The notes below the pieces were generated by a model. That model saw nothing but the letters and a program-made list of their open reading frames with translations, ran no database searches and was not told the DNA's origin. The position numbers and the translations under genes are program-made. From contig JAQGDQ010000151.1 in the NCBI GenBank assembly GCA_030141605.1, positions 1-64,000 on the forward strand: DNA of 64,000 nt. The letters run 5' to 3'. Shown here one piece after another: positions 46,837 through 58,920 of the stretch; the first letter of the stretch is position 1, and every line of letters begins with the position of its first letter. Source of the DNA: Tubiluchus corallicola. Taxonomy: Eukaryota > Animalia > Priapulida.

Positions 46837-47649
46837 ATGTTGCCTATTTGTGTATTTAATTTTGAATTGATGAGATTTCTCGTTGAAAAATTTGTGCATT
46901 TGCTATATCTCAACCAGTTGTTCAGAGTCTCACGTGATTATCGCAAGAGCGAAAATCTTTGCAGTGGGCAAAAATATCGGCTAGTTCGATTCTCATTACT
47001 AAGTGTCTGGTGCGACCTAAGCTGGGTTTCTTATTGGCTAGGTAGGCTGTCGAAAAAAACAGGCTTCGACTCAGCTGAAATGGTGCGGCTCTGGGTTCTA
47101 GTCGTGGCACATGGTTTCAAGTTTGTGCGAAATGTTTTGCATGCTTTTTCAATGCTGCTGTACTAATGACGTTGATGTTGTAGGTGTCATAGTTATCAGC
47201 ATCATAACCCTCATGTTATGCGGTAGGTTTGATATGAAGTGGTATGGTTAGTGTGGTGATTGTGGGGGGACGGTGTATTGTGTTGATTGTAGTGTCGTAG
47301 GTGTGGTATGGTATGGTTGGTTTTGTGCATTGGGGCTGCTGACCAAGTGACCAATAGGTCTTTCGCTGGTCCTCAGCCGCAGTGAAATGTAAAAAATAAT
47401 TATGACGAATTTTAACTGCTATTGAGAAAATAAAATTGAATTGAATTGGTAGTGTGGTGTGGTTGAGGAGGTGCGGGTGTGTGGTATGCACAGAGTGGTA
47501 GAGCGACACGCTGAGGGAGATGTGATGTAGAGTAGTGAGGTGGGTGGGGCATGGTTTGGCCTGGTTTATGCGCAATTTTTTTGTGGGGTTTGGTTATTTA
47601 CAATAATTATGTGAAGGTTTCTAATGAATACCATCTACAAACCACAAAA

Positions 47650-48632
47650 ATGAGCAAAAAACTAATAGTAATTTGGTTGACTGCTGGCACTTTTTTGCTG
47701 CAATTAGTGGTATTACCTGTATCGAGTGATAAAAACTGGCTAACAGCCAACAATTTGACATGTACCTTTCAAGGAACTGAACATTCTTTTCAATATCTCA
47801 AAATTGATATCTGGATCCCACAAAGCTAGGGCACATTTATACGAGCTCTCATTTGCTCTAGCTTTAGTAAGAGGTTGGAAAAAATGCAAATTGATTGACT
47901 GTACAAACTATATGAACTTGTCTTCTTTTATTTGTTTTAGTTCTAACAAGGAATCCCTCTCGGATTTTTTATTTCAACCAAGAAGTGCATTTTCTGGTCT
48001 ATAGTTTGGAACTTTGTGTTATTGACCAGTACTATGACGATATTTACAACCCTAGGGATATTTGGTTTCAAATCAGCTACGGCGACGGAGAAGATTATTA
48101 TTTTTATCAGAGTGACCTAGAACGCATCAATGAAACAGAATACTATGGACAAAAGATTTCAAATTTTTCAAAAGAATATTTTTCTCATTACATGGGAAAG
48201 GAGTTTACTATTATCTATAAGGAGCATGGTAGTTTCGAACTAACTGTGATACAATACTTTGAAGTTTTCGAATTCTGGAAAACTTCTGTAAACGTAACAG
48301 TTACCTGCATAGGAGAAACTCATATTGTTGATGCTGGTGGTATCAATAAAGAACAGGCCAAACAACACCCTTACATTGTTTCCGACGCATTTACGATGAA
48401 GTCAACGCTGTATGTTTGTTCTAATGTGACATCACGATATTACACATGGAAATTGTATAATATACCTGAAGCTGGACAGAAGCGAATTCCTGTGGTATTG
48501 CAAGACTTTAACATTACCACGAATAACTCTTATATCACAATACCGGAATATACTTTACTACCTGGATTTTACATTGTCAATGTTACCATAACAGTGGAAA
48601 CAGACGTATTACAGGATTCAAGCGGAGACGAG
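47650..48632 (+). pseudogene. PKD/REJ (polycystin-1-like) N-terminal exon, copy 2: signal peptide, PKD-like domain and start of REJ, with two apparent frameshifts
   Basis: Signal peptide MSKKLIVIWLTAGTFLLQLVVLPVSS; ISYGDG...FTIIYKEHGSFELTV; YTWKLY...ITIPEYTLLPGFYIVNVTITV. Donor GAG|GTAACA at 48632/48633. Frame shifts near 47825 and 47975. Confidence 0.65.
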
Positions 48633-49834
48633 GTAACACTATTTTCAAACGTCTTTTTCATTATGAATAATATCTTATCGTATGTTCATGATGTTACTCC
48701 GCTTACCTACAATACCAACAACTTGTGTAACAGACGTTCGTCTGTTTTACACAAAAGTACCGTTTTACAATATTGTGCTCATCGTCATCTGGTGAACAAA
48801 TACGAATGATTATTTAAAAAATTATATGTATATTGTCTTTAGTGGGCTTTATCGTACAGCGTACTACTGCCATCTATCTATACTCTTATATTAATATTCT
48901 TGGTATCTTAATATATTTATATATATATAAGATTCGAGGCTACAGCCCGGACGAGGGCACCATTTGCGGCGATCTATACATCAAACGAAAGGTCTCCATC
49001 TAGTGTCGTGCCATTGATGGTTTATTTTTCGAATTGGGCCCACCGCAAGGAAGGGGAGGCGAAAAACCTCCAAAAATGGCCATTTTTTGGCCATTTTTTG
49101 CAAAAGTTATACGGCTCAGATGTAGAGAACGGGAACGGGCCGAGGGCGGTGCTGGGTATAGATAGATAGCCCGTTCAGCGATGGGTGTCATAGGCCTATT
49201 TAGAATTCGCGAGAGAGCCACGGGGTCCCGCAACGGGCGTTTTTCCGGACCCAACTTGCGATTTTTTCGAAATTTTGACCAAACAGCATGCGGTAAAAAC
49301 GTTCTAGCGTCACCCGGTGGGACTCTCGGAAGGAGATATACGGCTCTTTACAAAGAGGAAGGACAGGGCTACACGATGATGTGGGCTATATTTTAGGACA
49401 GGTCCACCGAGAGGAGTATCGACGAGTTAATTAGATGTTCTATTTTTCGCAATTTTCGCTTAGAAAACTGCTGACGCAAAGGCATTGTTGTGACGTCATC
49501 CATTGTATTCTGTCTATAATCTTATAGCTTTAATTCAGCAAGAAGCTGCTACAGGCTTTGCGTTAGTTAAACAAACTGTAGGCATGATGTTACGGGCTTT
49601 GCGTTATAAATGTGGACTAGGTAGGATGTCGCGTATTATTGATTGTACGTGGTTTTTTACGCAAAATCTTTTGCAGGGCCTTTGCTATTTATTATATTAT
49701 AGCACATAGTTTCAACTTTGTGAAAAATGTTTGGAATGGTTTTGTTGTAATGCTGTGCTGTTGGTGCTTGTGCTATAGGTGTCGTCATCATTGCCACCAC
49801 CATCATCATCATCATCAACATCATGATCACCACG

Positions 49835-50480
49835 TGAGGTGGTGGATTTGATGTGGTGTGGTGGTGGTGTGCTTTGTGTGTTGTGCTATGGATGGTGTGG
49901 TGGGGTGATAGGGTGTGTGGGGTGTGGTGTGGGTAGTGTGGTATGGTGCAGTGTGGTGTGATGTGGTGGAGCATTATGGTGTGGGTGGTGTGGTGTGGTG
50001 TGTGGGTGGTGCGGTGTGGTGCAGTGGTATGGTGTGGTGCAGTGTGGTGTGATGTGGTGGAGTTGTATGGTGTGGGTGGTGTGGTGTGTGTGTGGGTGGT
50101 GCGGTGTGCTGCAGTGGTATGGTGTGGTGTGATGTGGTGGAGTGGTATGGTGTGGGTGGTGTGGTGCAGTGTGGTGTTATGGTGTGGTGCTGTGCGGTGT
50201 GACGTGGTGGAGTATTATGGTGTGGGTGGTGTGATGTGTGGGTGGTGCAGTGGTATTGTGTGGTGCAGTCTGGTGGAGTGGTGTGGTGTGGTGCAGTGTG
50301 GTGTTAGGGTGTGGTGCTGTGCGGTGTGATGTGGTGGAGTATTATGGTGTGGGTGGTGTGTGGGTGGTGCAGTGGTATGGTGTGGTTCAGTGTGGTGTGA
50401 TGTGGTGGAGTGGTATGGTGTGGGTGGTGTGGTGTGTAGGTGGTATGGTGTGGTGCGGTGTGGTGGTATTGTGTGGTGGA
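49835..50480. repeat. (GTGGT)n / TGG-rich low-complexity repeat
   Basis: Degenerate gtggt pentamers; near copy at 51195-51985. Confidence 0.9.
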
Positions 50481-51194
50481 ACGGATCGAGGGAACGGGCC
50501 AAGGGGGCTGCTGGGTATGGATAGATAGCCCGTTCAGCGGTGGGTGTCATAGGCCTATTTAGAATTCGCGAGAGAGCCACGGGGTCCCGCAACGGGCGTT
50601 TTCCCGGACCCAACTTGCGATTTTTTCGAAATTTTGACCAACAGCATGCGGTAAAAACGTTCTAGCGTCGCCCGGTGGGACTCTCGGAAGGAGATATACG
50701 GCTCTTTACAAAGAGGAAGGACAGGGCTACACGATGATGTGGGCTATATTTTAGGACAGGTCCACCGAGAGGAGTATCGACGAGTTAATTAGATGTTCTA
50801 TTTTTCGCAATTTTCGCTTAGAAAACTGCTGACGCAAAGGCATTGTTGTGACGTCATCCTTTGTATTCTGTCTATAATCTTATAGCCTTAATTCAGCAAA
50901 AAGCTGCTACAGGCTTTGCGTTAGTTAAACAAACTGTAGGCATGACTTTACGGGCTTTGCGTTATAAATGTGGACTAGGTAGGATGTCGCGTATTATTGA
51001 TTATACGTGGTTTTTTACGCAAAATCTTTTGCAGGGCCTTTGCTATTTATTATATTATAGCACATAGTTTCAACTTTGTGAAAAATGTTTGGAATGGTTT
51101 TGTTGTAATGCTGTGCTGTTGGTGCTTGTGCTATAGGTGTCGTCATCGTTGCCACCACCATCATCATCATCATCAACATCATGATCACCACGTG

Positions 51195-51985
51195 AGGTGG
51201 TGGATTTGATGTGGTGTGGTGGTGGTGTGCTTTGTGTGTTGTGCTATGGATGGTGTGGTGGGGTGATAGGGTGTGTGGGGTGTGGTGTGGGTAGTGTGGT
51301 ATGGAGTGGGTGGCGTGGTGTGTGGGTGGGTGGGTGTTGTGGTGCAGTGTGGTGTTATGGTGTGGTGCAGTGTGGTGTGATGTGGTGGAGCATTATGGTG
51401 TGGGTGGTGTGGTGTGGTGTGTGGGTGGTGCGGTGTGGTGCAGTGGTATGGTGTGGTGGAGTTGTATGGTGTGGGTGGTGTGGTGTGTGTGTGGGTGGTG
51501 CGGTGTGCTGCAGTGGTATGGTGTGGTGTGATGTGGTGGAGTGGTATGGTGTGGGTGGTGTGGTGCAGTGTGGTGTTATGGTGTGGTGCTGTGCGGTGTG
51601 ATGTGGTGGAGTATTATGGTGTGGGTGGTGTGGTGTGTGGGTGGTGCAGTGGTATTGTGTGGTGCAGTCTGGTGGAGTGGTATGGTGTGGGTGGTGTGGT
51701 GTGGTGCAGTGTGGTGTTAGGGTGTGGTGTGGTGCAGTGTGGTGTTAGGGTGTGGTGTGGTGGAGTATTATGGTGTGGGTGGTGTGGTGTGGTGTATGGG
51801 TGGTGCAGTGGTATGGTGTGGTGCAGTGTGGTGTGGTGGAGTGGTATGGTGTGGGTGGTGTGGTGTGTAGGTGGTATGGTGTGGTGCAGTGTGGTGGTAT
51901 TGTGTGGTGCGATGAGGTGGAGTGGTATGGTGTGGTGCAGTGTGGTGTGATGAGGTGGAGTGGTGTGGTGTGGGTTGTGTGTTGA
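51195..51985. repeat. (GTGGT)n / TGG-rich low-complexity repeat
   Basis: Degenerate gtggt pentamers, preceded by a (CAT)n run. Confidence 0.9.
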
Positions 51986-54900
51986 TTTGTGCACAAAATT
52001 CTTTTTGTGGGGTTTGGCTAGTCTCTTATATTAATATTCTTGGTATCTTAATATATTTATTTATATATAAGATTCGAGGCTACAGCCCGGACGAGGGCAC
52101 CATTTGCGGCGATCTATATATCAAAAGAAAGGTCTCGATCTAGTGTCGTCTCATTGGGGGTTTATTTTTCGAATGGGGCCCACCGCGAGGAACGGGGGGG
52201 GGGCGAAAAACCTCCAAAAATGGCCATTTTTCGGCCGTTTTTTGCAAAAGTTATACGCCTGAGATGTAGAGAACGGGAACGGGCCGAGGGCGGTGCTGGG
52301 TATAGATAGATAGCCCGTTCAGCGATGGGTGTCATAGGCCTATTTAGAGTTCCCGAGAGGGCCACGGCGCCCCGCAACGGGCGTTTTCCCGGACCCAACT
52401 CGCGATTTTTTGGAAATTTTGATCAAACAGCATGCGGAAAAAACGTTCTAGCGGCGCCCGGTGGGACTCTCGAAAGGAGATATATAGCTCTTTAGAAAGA
52501 GGAAGAATGGGGCTACACGATGATGTGGGTTATATTTTAGGATAGGTCCACCGAGAGGAGTACTTGCGAGTTAATTAGATGTTCTATTTTCGGCAATTTT
52601 CACTTAGAAAATTGCTGACGCAAAGGCATTGTTGTGACGTCATCCATTGTACTCTACTCTGCTTATAACTTTAATTCAGCAAAAAGCTGCAGGCTTTGCG
52701 TTAGTTAAACAAACAGTAGGCAGGATATTACGGGCTTTGTGTTATAAATGAGGACTAGGTAGGATGTTCGCGTATTATTGATTACACGTGTATTTATACG
52801 CAAAATCTTTTGCGGGGCCTTTGCTAGTCTCTTATATTAATATTCTTGGTATATTATATATATATATATATATAAGATTCGAGGCTACAGCCCGGACGAG
52901 GGCACCATTTGCGGCGATCTATACATCAAACGAAAGGTCTCGATCTAGTGTCGTGCCATTGATGGTTTATTTTTCGAATCGGGCCCACCGGGAGGAGGGG
53001 GGGGCGAAAAACCTCCAAAAATGGCCCTTTTTCGGCCGTTTTTTGCAAAAGTTATACGGCTGAGATGTAGAGAACGGGAATGGGCCGAGGGTGGTGCTGG
53101 GTATGGATAGATAGCCCGTTCAGCGGTGGGTGTAGTAGGCATATTTAGAGTTCCCGAGAGGGCCACGGCGCCCCGCAACGGGCGTTTTCCCGGACCCAAC
53201 TCGCGATTTTTTGGAAATTTTGATCAAACAGCATGCGGAAAAAACGTTCTAGCGGCGCCCGGTGGGACTCTCGGAAGGAGATATGGGGCTCTTTAGAAAG
53301 AGGAAGGATGGGGCTACACGATGATGTGGGTTATATTTTAGGATAGGTCCACCGAGAGGAGTACTTGCGAGTTAATTAGATGTTCTATTTTCGGCAATTT
53401 TCACTTAGAAAATTGCTGACGCAAAGGCATTGTTGTGACGTCATCCATTGTACTCTACTCTGCTTATAACTTTAATTCAGCAAAAAGCTGCAGGCTTTGC
53501 GTTAGTTAAACAAACAGTAGGCAGGATATTACGGGCTTTGTGTTATAAATGAGGACTAGGTAGGATGTTCGCGTATTATTGATTACACGTGTATTTATAC
53601 GCAAAATCTTTTGCGGGGCCTTTGCTAGTCTCTTATATTAATATTCTTGGTATATATATTTATTTATTTATATATATATAAGATTCGAGGCTACAGCCCG
53701 GACGAGGGCACCATTTGCGGCGATCTATATATCAAAAGAAAAGTCTCGACCTAGTGTCGTCTCATTGGGGGTTTATTTTTCCAATCGGGCCCACCGGGAG
53801 GAACGGGGGGGGGCGAAAAACCTCAAAAAATGGCCCTTTTTCGGCCGTTTTTTGCAAAAGTTATACGGCTGAGATGTGGAGAACGGGAATGGGCCGAGGG
53901 TGATGCTGCGTATGGATAGATAGCCCGTTCAGCGGTGGGTGTAGTAGGCATATTTAGAATTCCCGAGAGGGCCACGGCGTCCCGTAACAGGCGTTTTCCC
54001 GGACCCAAGTCGAGATTTTTTTCGAAATTTTGACCAAACAGCCTGCGGAAAAAACGTTCTAGCGGCGCCCGGTGGGACTCTCGGAAGGAGATATATTGCT
54101 CTTTAGAAAGAGGAAGAACGGGGCTACACGATGATGTGGGCTATATGTTAGGGCAGGTCCACCGAGAGGAGTACCGATGAGTTAATTAGATGTTCTATTT
54201 TCGACAATTTTTGCTTAGAAAACTGTGGTGATGCATTCCATTGTGCTGACGTCATCCATTATTGCTTTTGGCTTTAATTCAGCAAAAAGCTGCTTTGCGT
54301 TAGTTAAACATACAGTAGGCACGAGTACAGGTTTTGCGTTAGGTAAGTAGGCAGGATGTTACGGGCTTTGTGTTATAAATGAGGATTAGGTAGAATGTTC
54401 GCGTATTATTGATTACACGTGTATTTATACACAAAATCTTTTGCGGGTCCTTTGCCATCCCTTATATTAATATTCTTGGTATATATATTTATTTATTTAT
54501 ATATATATATAAGATTCGAGGCTACAGCCCGGACGAGGGCACCATTTGCGGCGATCTATACATCAAACGAAAGGTCTCGATCTAGTAACTATTATTTTAC
54601 ATAAAGCTGCGCTCTAGTGCATAGCTTGTTTAAAACCTAGAATGAAGGCTTATTTTAGCACACAGAGACATCGTGTGTTTAGTGCACAGAACTAATTAGG
54701 TAATTAGGTTTTACAAAAATTTTTGTTTGAGTTGTCACGAACCCCGTCCTTTTAAGTTTAATAAAATTAATTGTAGCCCTTTTAGTGTAAAATCCAATAT
54801 CCAATGAACGCTTGACAGCTTTATTCAAAAACTGGTGGGATACGTCTTTTATGGTGAAACTGTCTCTTGTAAATGAGTCATCAATTTTCTCTAACTGTGG

Positions 54901-55249
54901 CATTGAATCTGAACTTATTTCTGAGGTTCCTTATTGGCCTGGTACTATTTGTGTTGGCCTTGATCTATTTGAATCACTAAGGCTGTCGGACTGGAACTTT
55001 GGTTCAAAAACTAATTCTGGTTCTTGTAAACATTCTTATGGTGGTTTTGTATTTTCTCTATCTAACATTCCAGAATTATCGTGATCTATTTCTGAATTTT
55101 GTGGTATGAGGAGTGGAATGATGAAGTATCACTTTGACTAATATCACCTGTAGGTTCGGGTATGTATTGGAGCGTAGGTTTGCATTTTGATTTATTATGC
55201 TTGTCACGAAATAGGGGGATACCCCATTCTTCAGATAGCACATAAACAA

Positions 55250-56950
55250 TCGGGATAAACAATTTTAAATTTTCCGGTCATGTTGTGGACCATTCTGAAA
55301 CTCATTAGTTAGTTTATTAGTTATAATAAAGTAAGGGGCCACGGTCTTTGCAACTTCATGGCTTCTTTTTCGTTGCGACTCGTTTTTTGAAGAAAAACAG
55401 GATCTCGTACTTTAAAATGTGAGATGTGCGTTTTCTTGTCTTAATGTTACTTATATGCAAGACAGTTTTTATGAACTAATTCCTCCAATTTTACCGGGTC
55501 CGTTCCGTAGTAGTTAGACCGTAGAATTAAAATATTATCTAAAGGTAGATCTGGGTGTCTTTTATAACATAAAAAGAGTGGAGTTTGCCCTGATACTGTA
55601 CTAGAAACGGTCCGCAAGGCATATAGATCATGTGGTATACTTAACCCAATCAGTTGATTTTTGCTGACATACGTAAGCCAATTGTTGTATTATAGACCAG
55701 GTAGTGCGTTCAACTTGGCCTTGGCTATGCAAATGATACGATTTCCGAATACCTGAGCCACTGAAAATTCTTTTAATAAGGACTTTAATAATTAATTATA
55801 AAATTGACTACCTTGGTCACTAAAAAAAATTTTACTGCCGTCATATCTTGCAAAATAATATTGGCAACAGTTCTGGCCAATTTGTCACTTAATGGAAAAG
55901 CTTCTATCTATAACAAATTTTTATATCCAGGCTGCCTTTCTGTAGAACTAAGATATCTAAACATACATGTTCAAATGACTTTGTAGCCAATAACGTTCCT
56001 TAAGGCGCTCATACGTCCACTTTGCAGAAGCATTGCCTGCAAATTTACTGTGAAAACCCCCAGTTAAAAGCAGGCAGAAGTGGCCAGACAAAAATTTTCC
56101 TGCTCTAGATCGATAGGATTGTGTTCTAACTTGTGTAAAGGTCCAAGGTCATCAATGTAAAATTTCTCTAATAATTCCTTTTCCTGCATCACAGTAGTAG
56201 TGGAGTTGAATAATGAATTATTTTAGCTAATTTAAGGTTTCCGAATTGCCATTGTTCGACAGTTGTTAAGTCTAAGGGTGGGGCTTCAAATTGATCTGGA
56301 GTATCCTTTTCTGGATCTGATTCCTCCTCAGCTTGAATGACTAAGTGGTCTAATGGATCCTTTTGATGAGTATATGTTGGCTTTGGAGCTGAAATGGTCT
56401 CCGTTATGCGCCAGTTTAATAGCGGATCCGTGCCTGTCCATATATTTTCCTCTATAGGTTTTACATCTCCAGTTGTATGGTATGTGAGTGCTTCTGTAGT
56501 TCCAGTTTGTTTTAAGCGGATGGGCATAACATGAATAACTTCTTTAGAGTTCCTGTTCTCTTTATAATTTAAAGTGTGTAAACTAATTTCAGATAAAATT
56601 TCCATATTTTTAAGTCCCTTTCTTAGTTCAAATGGGGTTTTTTGATCAATTAAACATTAATATTTTTGTTTCATATGTTTTACAAACTGACGTTAAAAGT
56701 CTCTAAATGATATGGAAATACTTCCTACATCTGGAAAGTCTGGAAGTCGACTTAGACAATCAGCTGCAATGTTATTTATGCCCATTTGGTAATAGGTGTT
56801 TATGTTATATTGTAATAATCCTACAACCCATCTCAAAAGTAGCTGATTTCTCAGCCTAGCCGTTGTAAAAAGACAAATTAAAGGGGCATGATCGGTATAA
56901 AGGTTTATATTAGGAGCATGATATAAGTATGTCTTAAATTTCATAAAACT
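55250..56950 (-). mobile_element. Degenerate Gypsy pol fragment (RNase H end and integrase), minus strand
   Basis: LYTDHAPL...LRWVVGLLQYN...N.AADCLSR; further along DDLGPL, YHLHSQGQVER, GQTPLFMLY.RHPDLPLD. Confidence 0.75.
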
Positions 56951-56999
56951 AGCTACTATGACGTACCCCCTTTTTAAAAGTGGGCCACAACCATTGGGA

Positions 57000-57250
57000 A
57001 TGATTCAATGTTTCTAGCATATCTTTTGGCATGACATTTGGGTCTAATGCGATCGTCTCAGAATTGGTATCATAGCAGATATAATGAGATGTACTCGGGC
57101 TTCTTATCACTATGCAATAAAAAATGTAAGGCATAATTGTAACAACCTTTGCAGAGAGAAAATAGCTAAAATAGCTAAGACCATATTGCTAACAACAGAT
57201 ATAGAAATCTGTTCAAAGCAGTCGATTTAATTAAAGGAAAAGCAAAAAAT
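57000..57250 (+). mobile_element. Short LINE ORF2 fragment
   Basis: IFWHDIW...GIIADIMRCTRASYHYAIK resembles the linker between endonuclease and RT in invertebrate LINEs. Confidence 0.5.
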
Positions 57251-57559
57251 GTCACAAATGCTGTAGAAAATTAAGTTCGCCAGTAGTAGTAGTAGCAGCA
57301 GCAGCAGTTGACCATTTATTTAGACAATATTCAACATAAACTATTACGCATACAATGTGACAATTTGTCGAGGAGATTGCCACACCTCTAAGGTTGCAGA
57401 CATGGCAGCCACCGGAAAAACAGAATACTCTACAAGAGTTACACATATAAAAGTTACCATTACGAGAGTTATCATGCTAAGTTACATTAATGTAGTTGGC
57501 ATACATAGCAGTCAGGCAGATTACATTAGTCATTATAAGAAGAGAGATAATGTTCTTTT

Positions 57560-58920
57560 AATTCTTTAACAATGCAACTTAAGCCATAATTCTTCCTGTT
57601 AAACAACTTAATATTACTGGGAAATTTATTGACCATATTAGGAACAGTGTATGTGAGAGACTGCTCAGCATATTTGGGTATTTTGGGGATATAATGCATC
57701 TGTAACTGTTGTCTTGTAAGATAAGAGTGGGCATTGAAGTTATAAACCATTGGCAATTTTTTATGGTACATTGGTAAAAACTCATTTATTTATTTATAAT
57801 AATATTTCACGATAGCAACAGAGTAAACATGTTTAATCTTTAGAACTTTTAACATTTTAAATATGGGATCTGTATGAGCATTGTATTTAGCCCAAGTCAT
57901 TACTCTTACAACTTTTTTGAGCGATTTTCTATTCTATTACACTTGGATCGTCACAAGAGTATTCCATAATTAATAGCGCAACTATATATTTTTATGCCAA
58001 GCATATATTTTTATTTTGGCCAAAAGAGGTAAGAAATGCTTTAGTCTATTAATTATTCCAAGGGCATTACAAATCTATTTATTTAAGACGTCTGTATGAG
58101 CAGACTATCCCCAGAAATATAAACGACATAACACGTTCGATTTCAATGTCACTAACTTCAACATCTAAGGCTGGTATCCATTTGTTTATATGAAAAATCA
58201 TATATTTTGTTTTAGTTATGTGTAAAGAAAGTTTTCCGATAACCATGTGTTAACTTTTTGCAATTCTTTGTTTATCAAGGCTTTTAACTGTTCATTGTCA
58301 CAGTTAACATTTGGGTTATGTACGACTGAAGTTGTAAGAAGTGACATATCATCTGCATATAATACATATTTAAAGTATTCTGAAGCATGTGTTATGTCAT
58401 TCAAATGAATAATAAATAAAAGTAGACCTAAAAGGGATCCGTGCAGGACACCTATATTTATTGGGAGAACATCAGATGAACATTTAGCATACACACCCAT
58501 ATTGCTTACAATTTCTTAAGTAACTTTCTAAAAATACTATTGCATGCTCTTCTAGGCCGTAATTTTTCAATTTATGAGGAAGAACATCATGATCTAACGT
58601 GTCAAAGGCTTTGGTTAAATCGAGAAATATCCCAACTGGGGCATTGTCAGACACCATAGCCTCTGACACTTCGTTTACAAATTCCAGCATTGCTAATTCT
58701 GTTGAGTGTTGCGGTCCAAAGCCATGCTGTGCTGAATATAACAGGTTATTACTTGAGAAATAGTCAAAAAGTTGATTCAAACATTATTCTTTCGAGGATC
58801 TTTGAAACAGCAGGCAAAATAGAGATCGGTCTATAGTTGCTAATTAATTGTTTTTCATCATATTTTATAAATGGGCATAATGTTTGCTAATTTTAGTGTA
58901 TCGGGAAAGGTCCCTAGACG
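57560..58920 (-). mobile_element. CR1/L2-like LINE RT remnant, minus strand
   Basis: NYRPISILPAVSKILE, QHGF..QHST, FLDLTKAFDTLDH, GVLHGSLLG.LLFIIHLND, LYADD. Confidence 0.88.

Larger units (their letters stand above)
48873..54585 (+). mobile_element. Head-to-tail tandem array of a non-autonomous Helitron-like element (~800-bp unit)
   Basis: Begins A|TC. Units start near 48873, 50480 (5'-truncated), 52022, 52828, 53629 and 54459 (partial). Unit ends show the palindrome cgcaaaatcttttgcg, 9 nt, then CTAG joined to TCTCTTATATT. The array ends in CTAG|T. Confidence 0.75.

Noticed and set aside
49639-52143. His/Thr/Pro-rich and Val/Trp/Cys-rich ORFs in the ORF track
   Set aside because: They are translation artefacts of the (GTGGT)n and (CAT)n repeats, open on both strands with no domain signal.
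49000-54604. Repeated MGPGKRPLR... ORFs as a small gene family, or the array as rDNA or CRISPR
   Set aside because: Frames vary between units. I see no recognisable rRNA sequence and no repeat-spacer structure, and the termini fit a Helitron.
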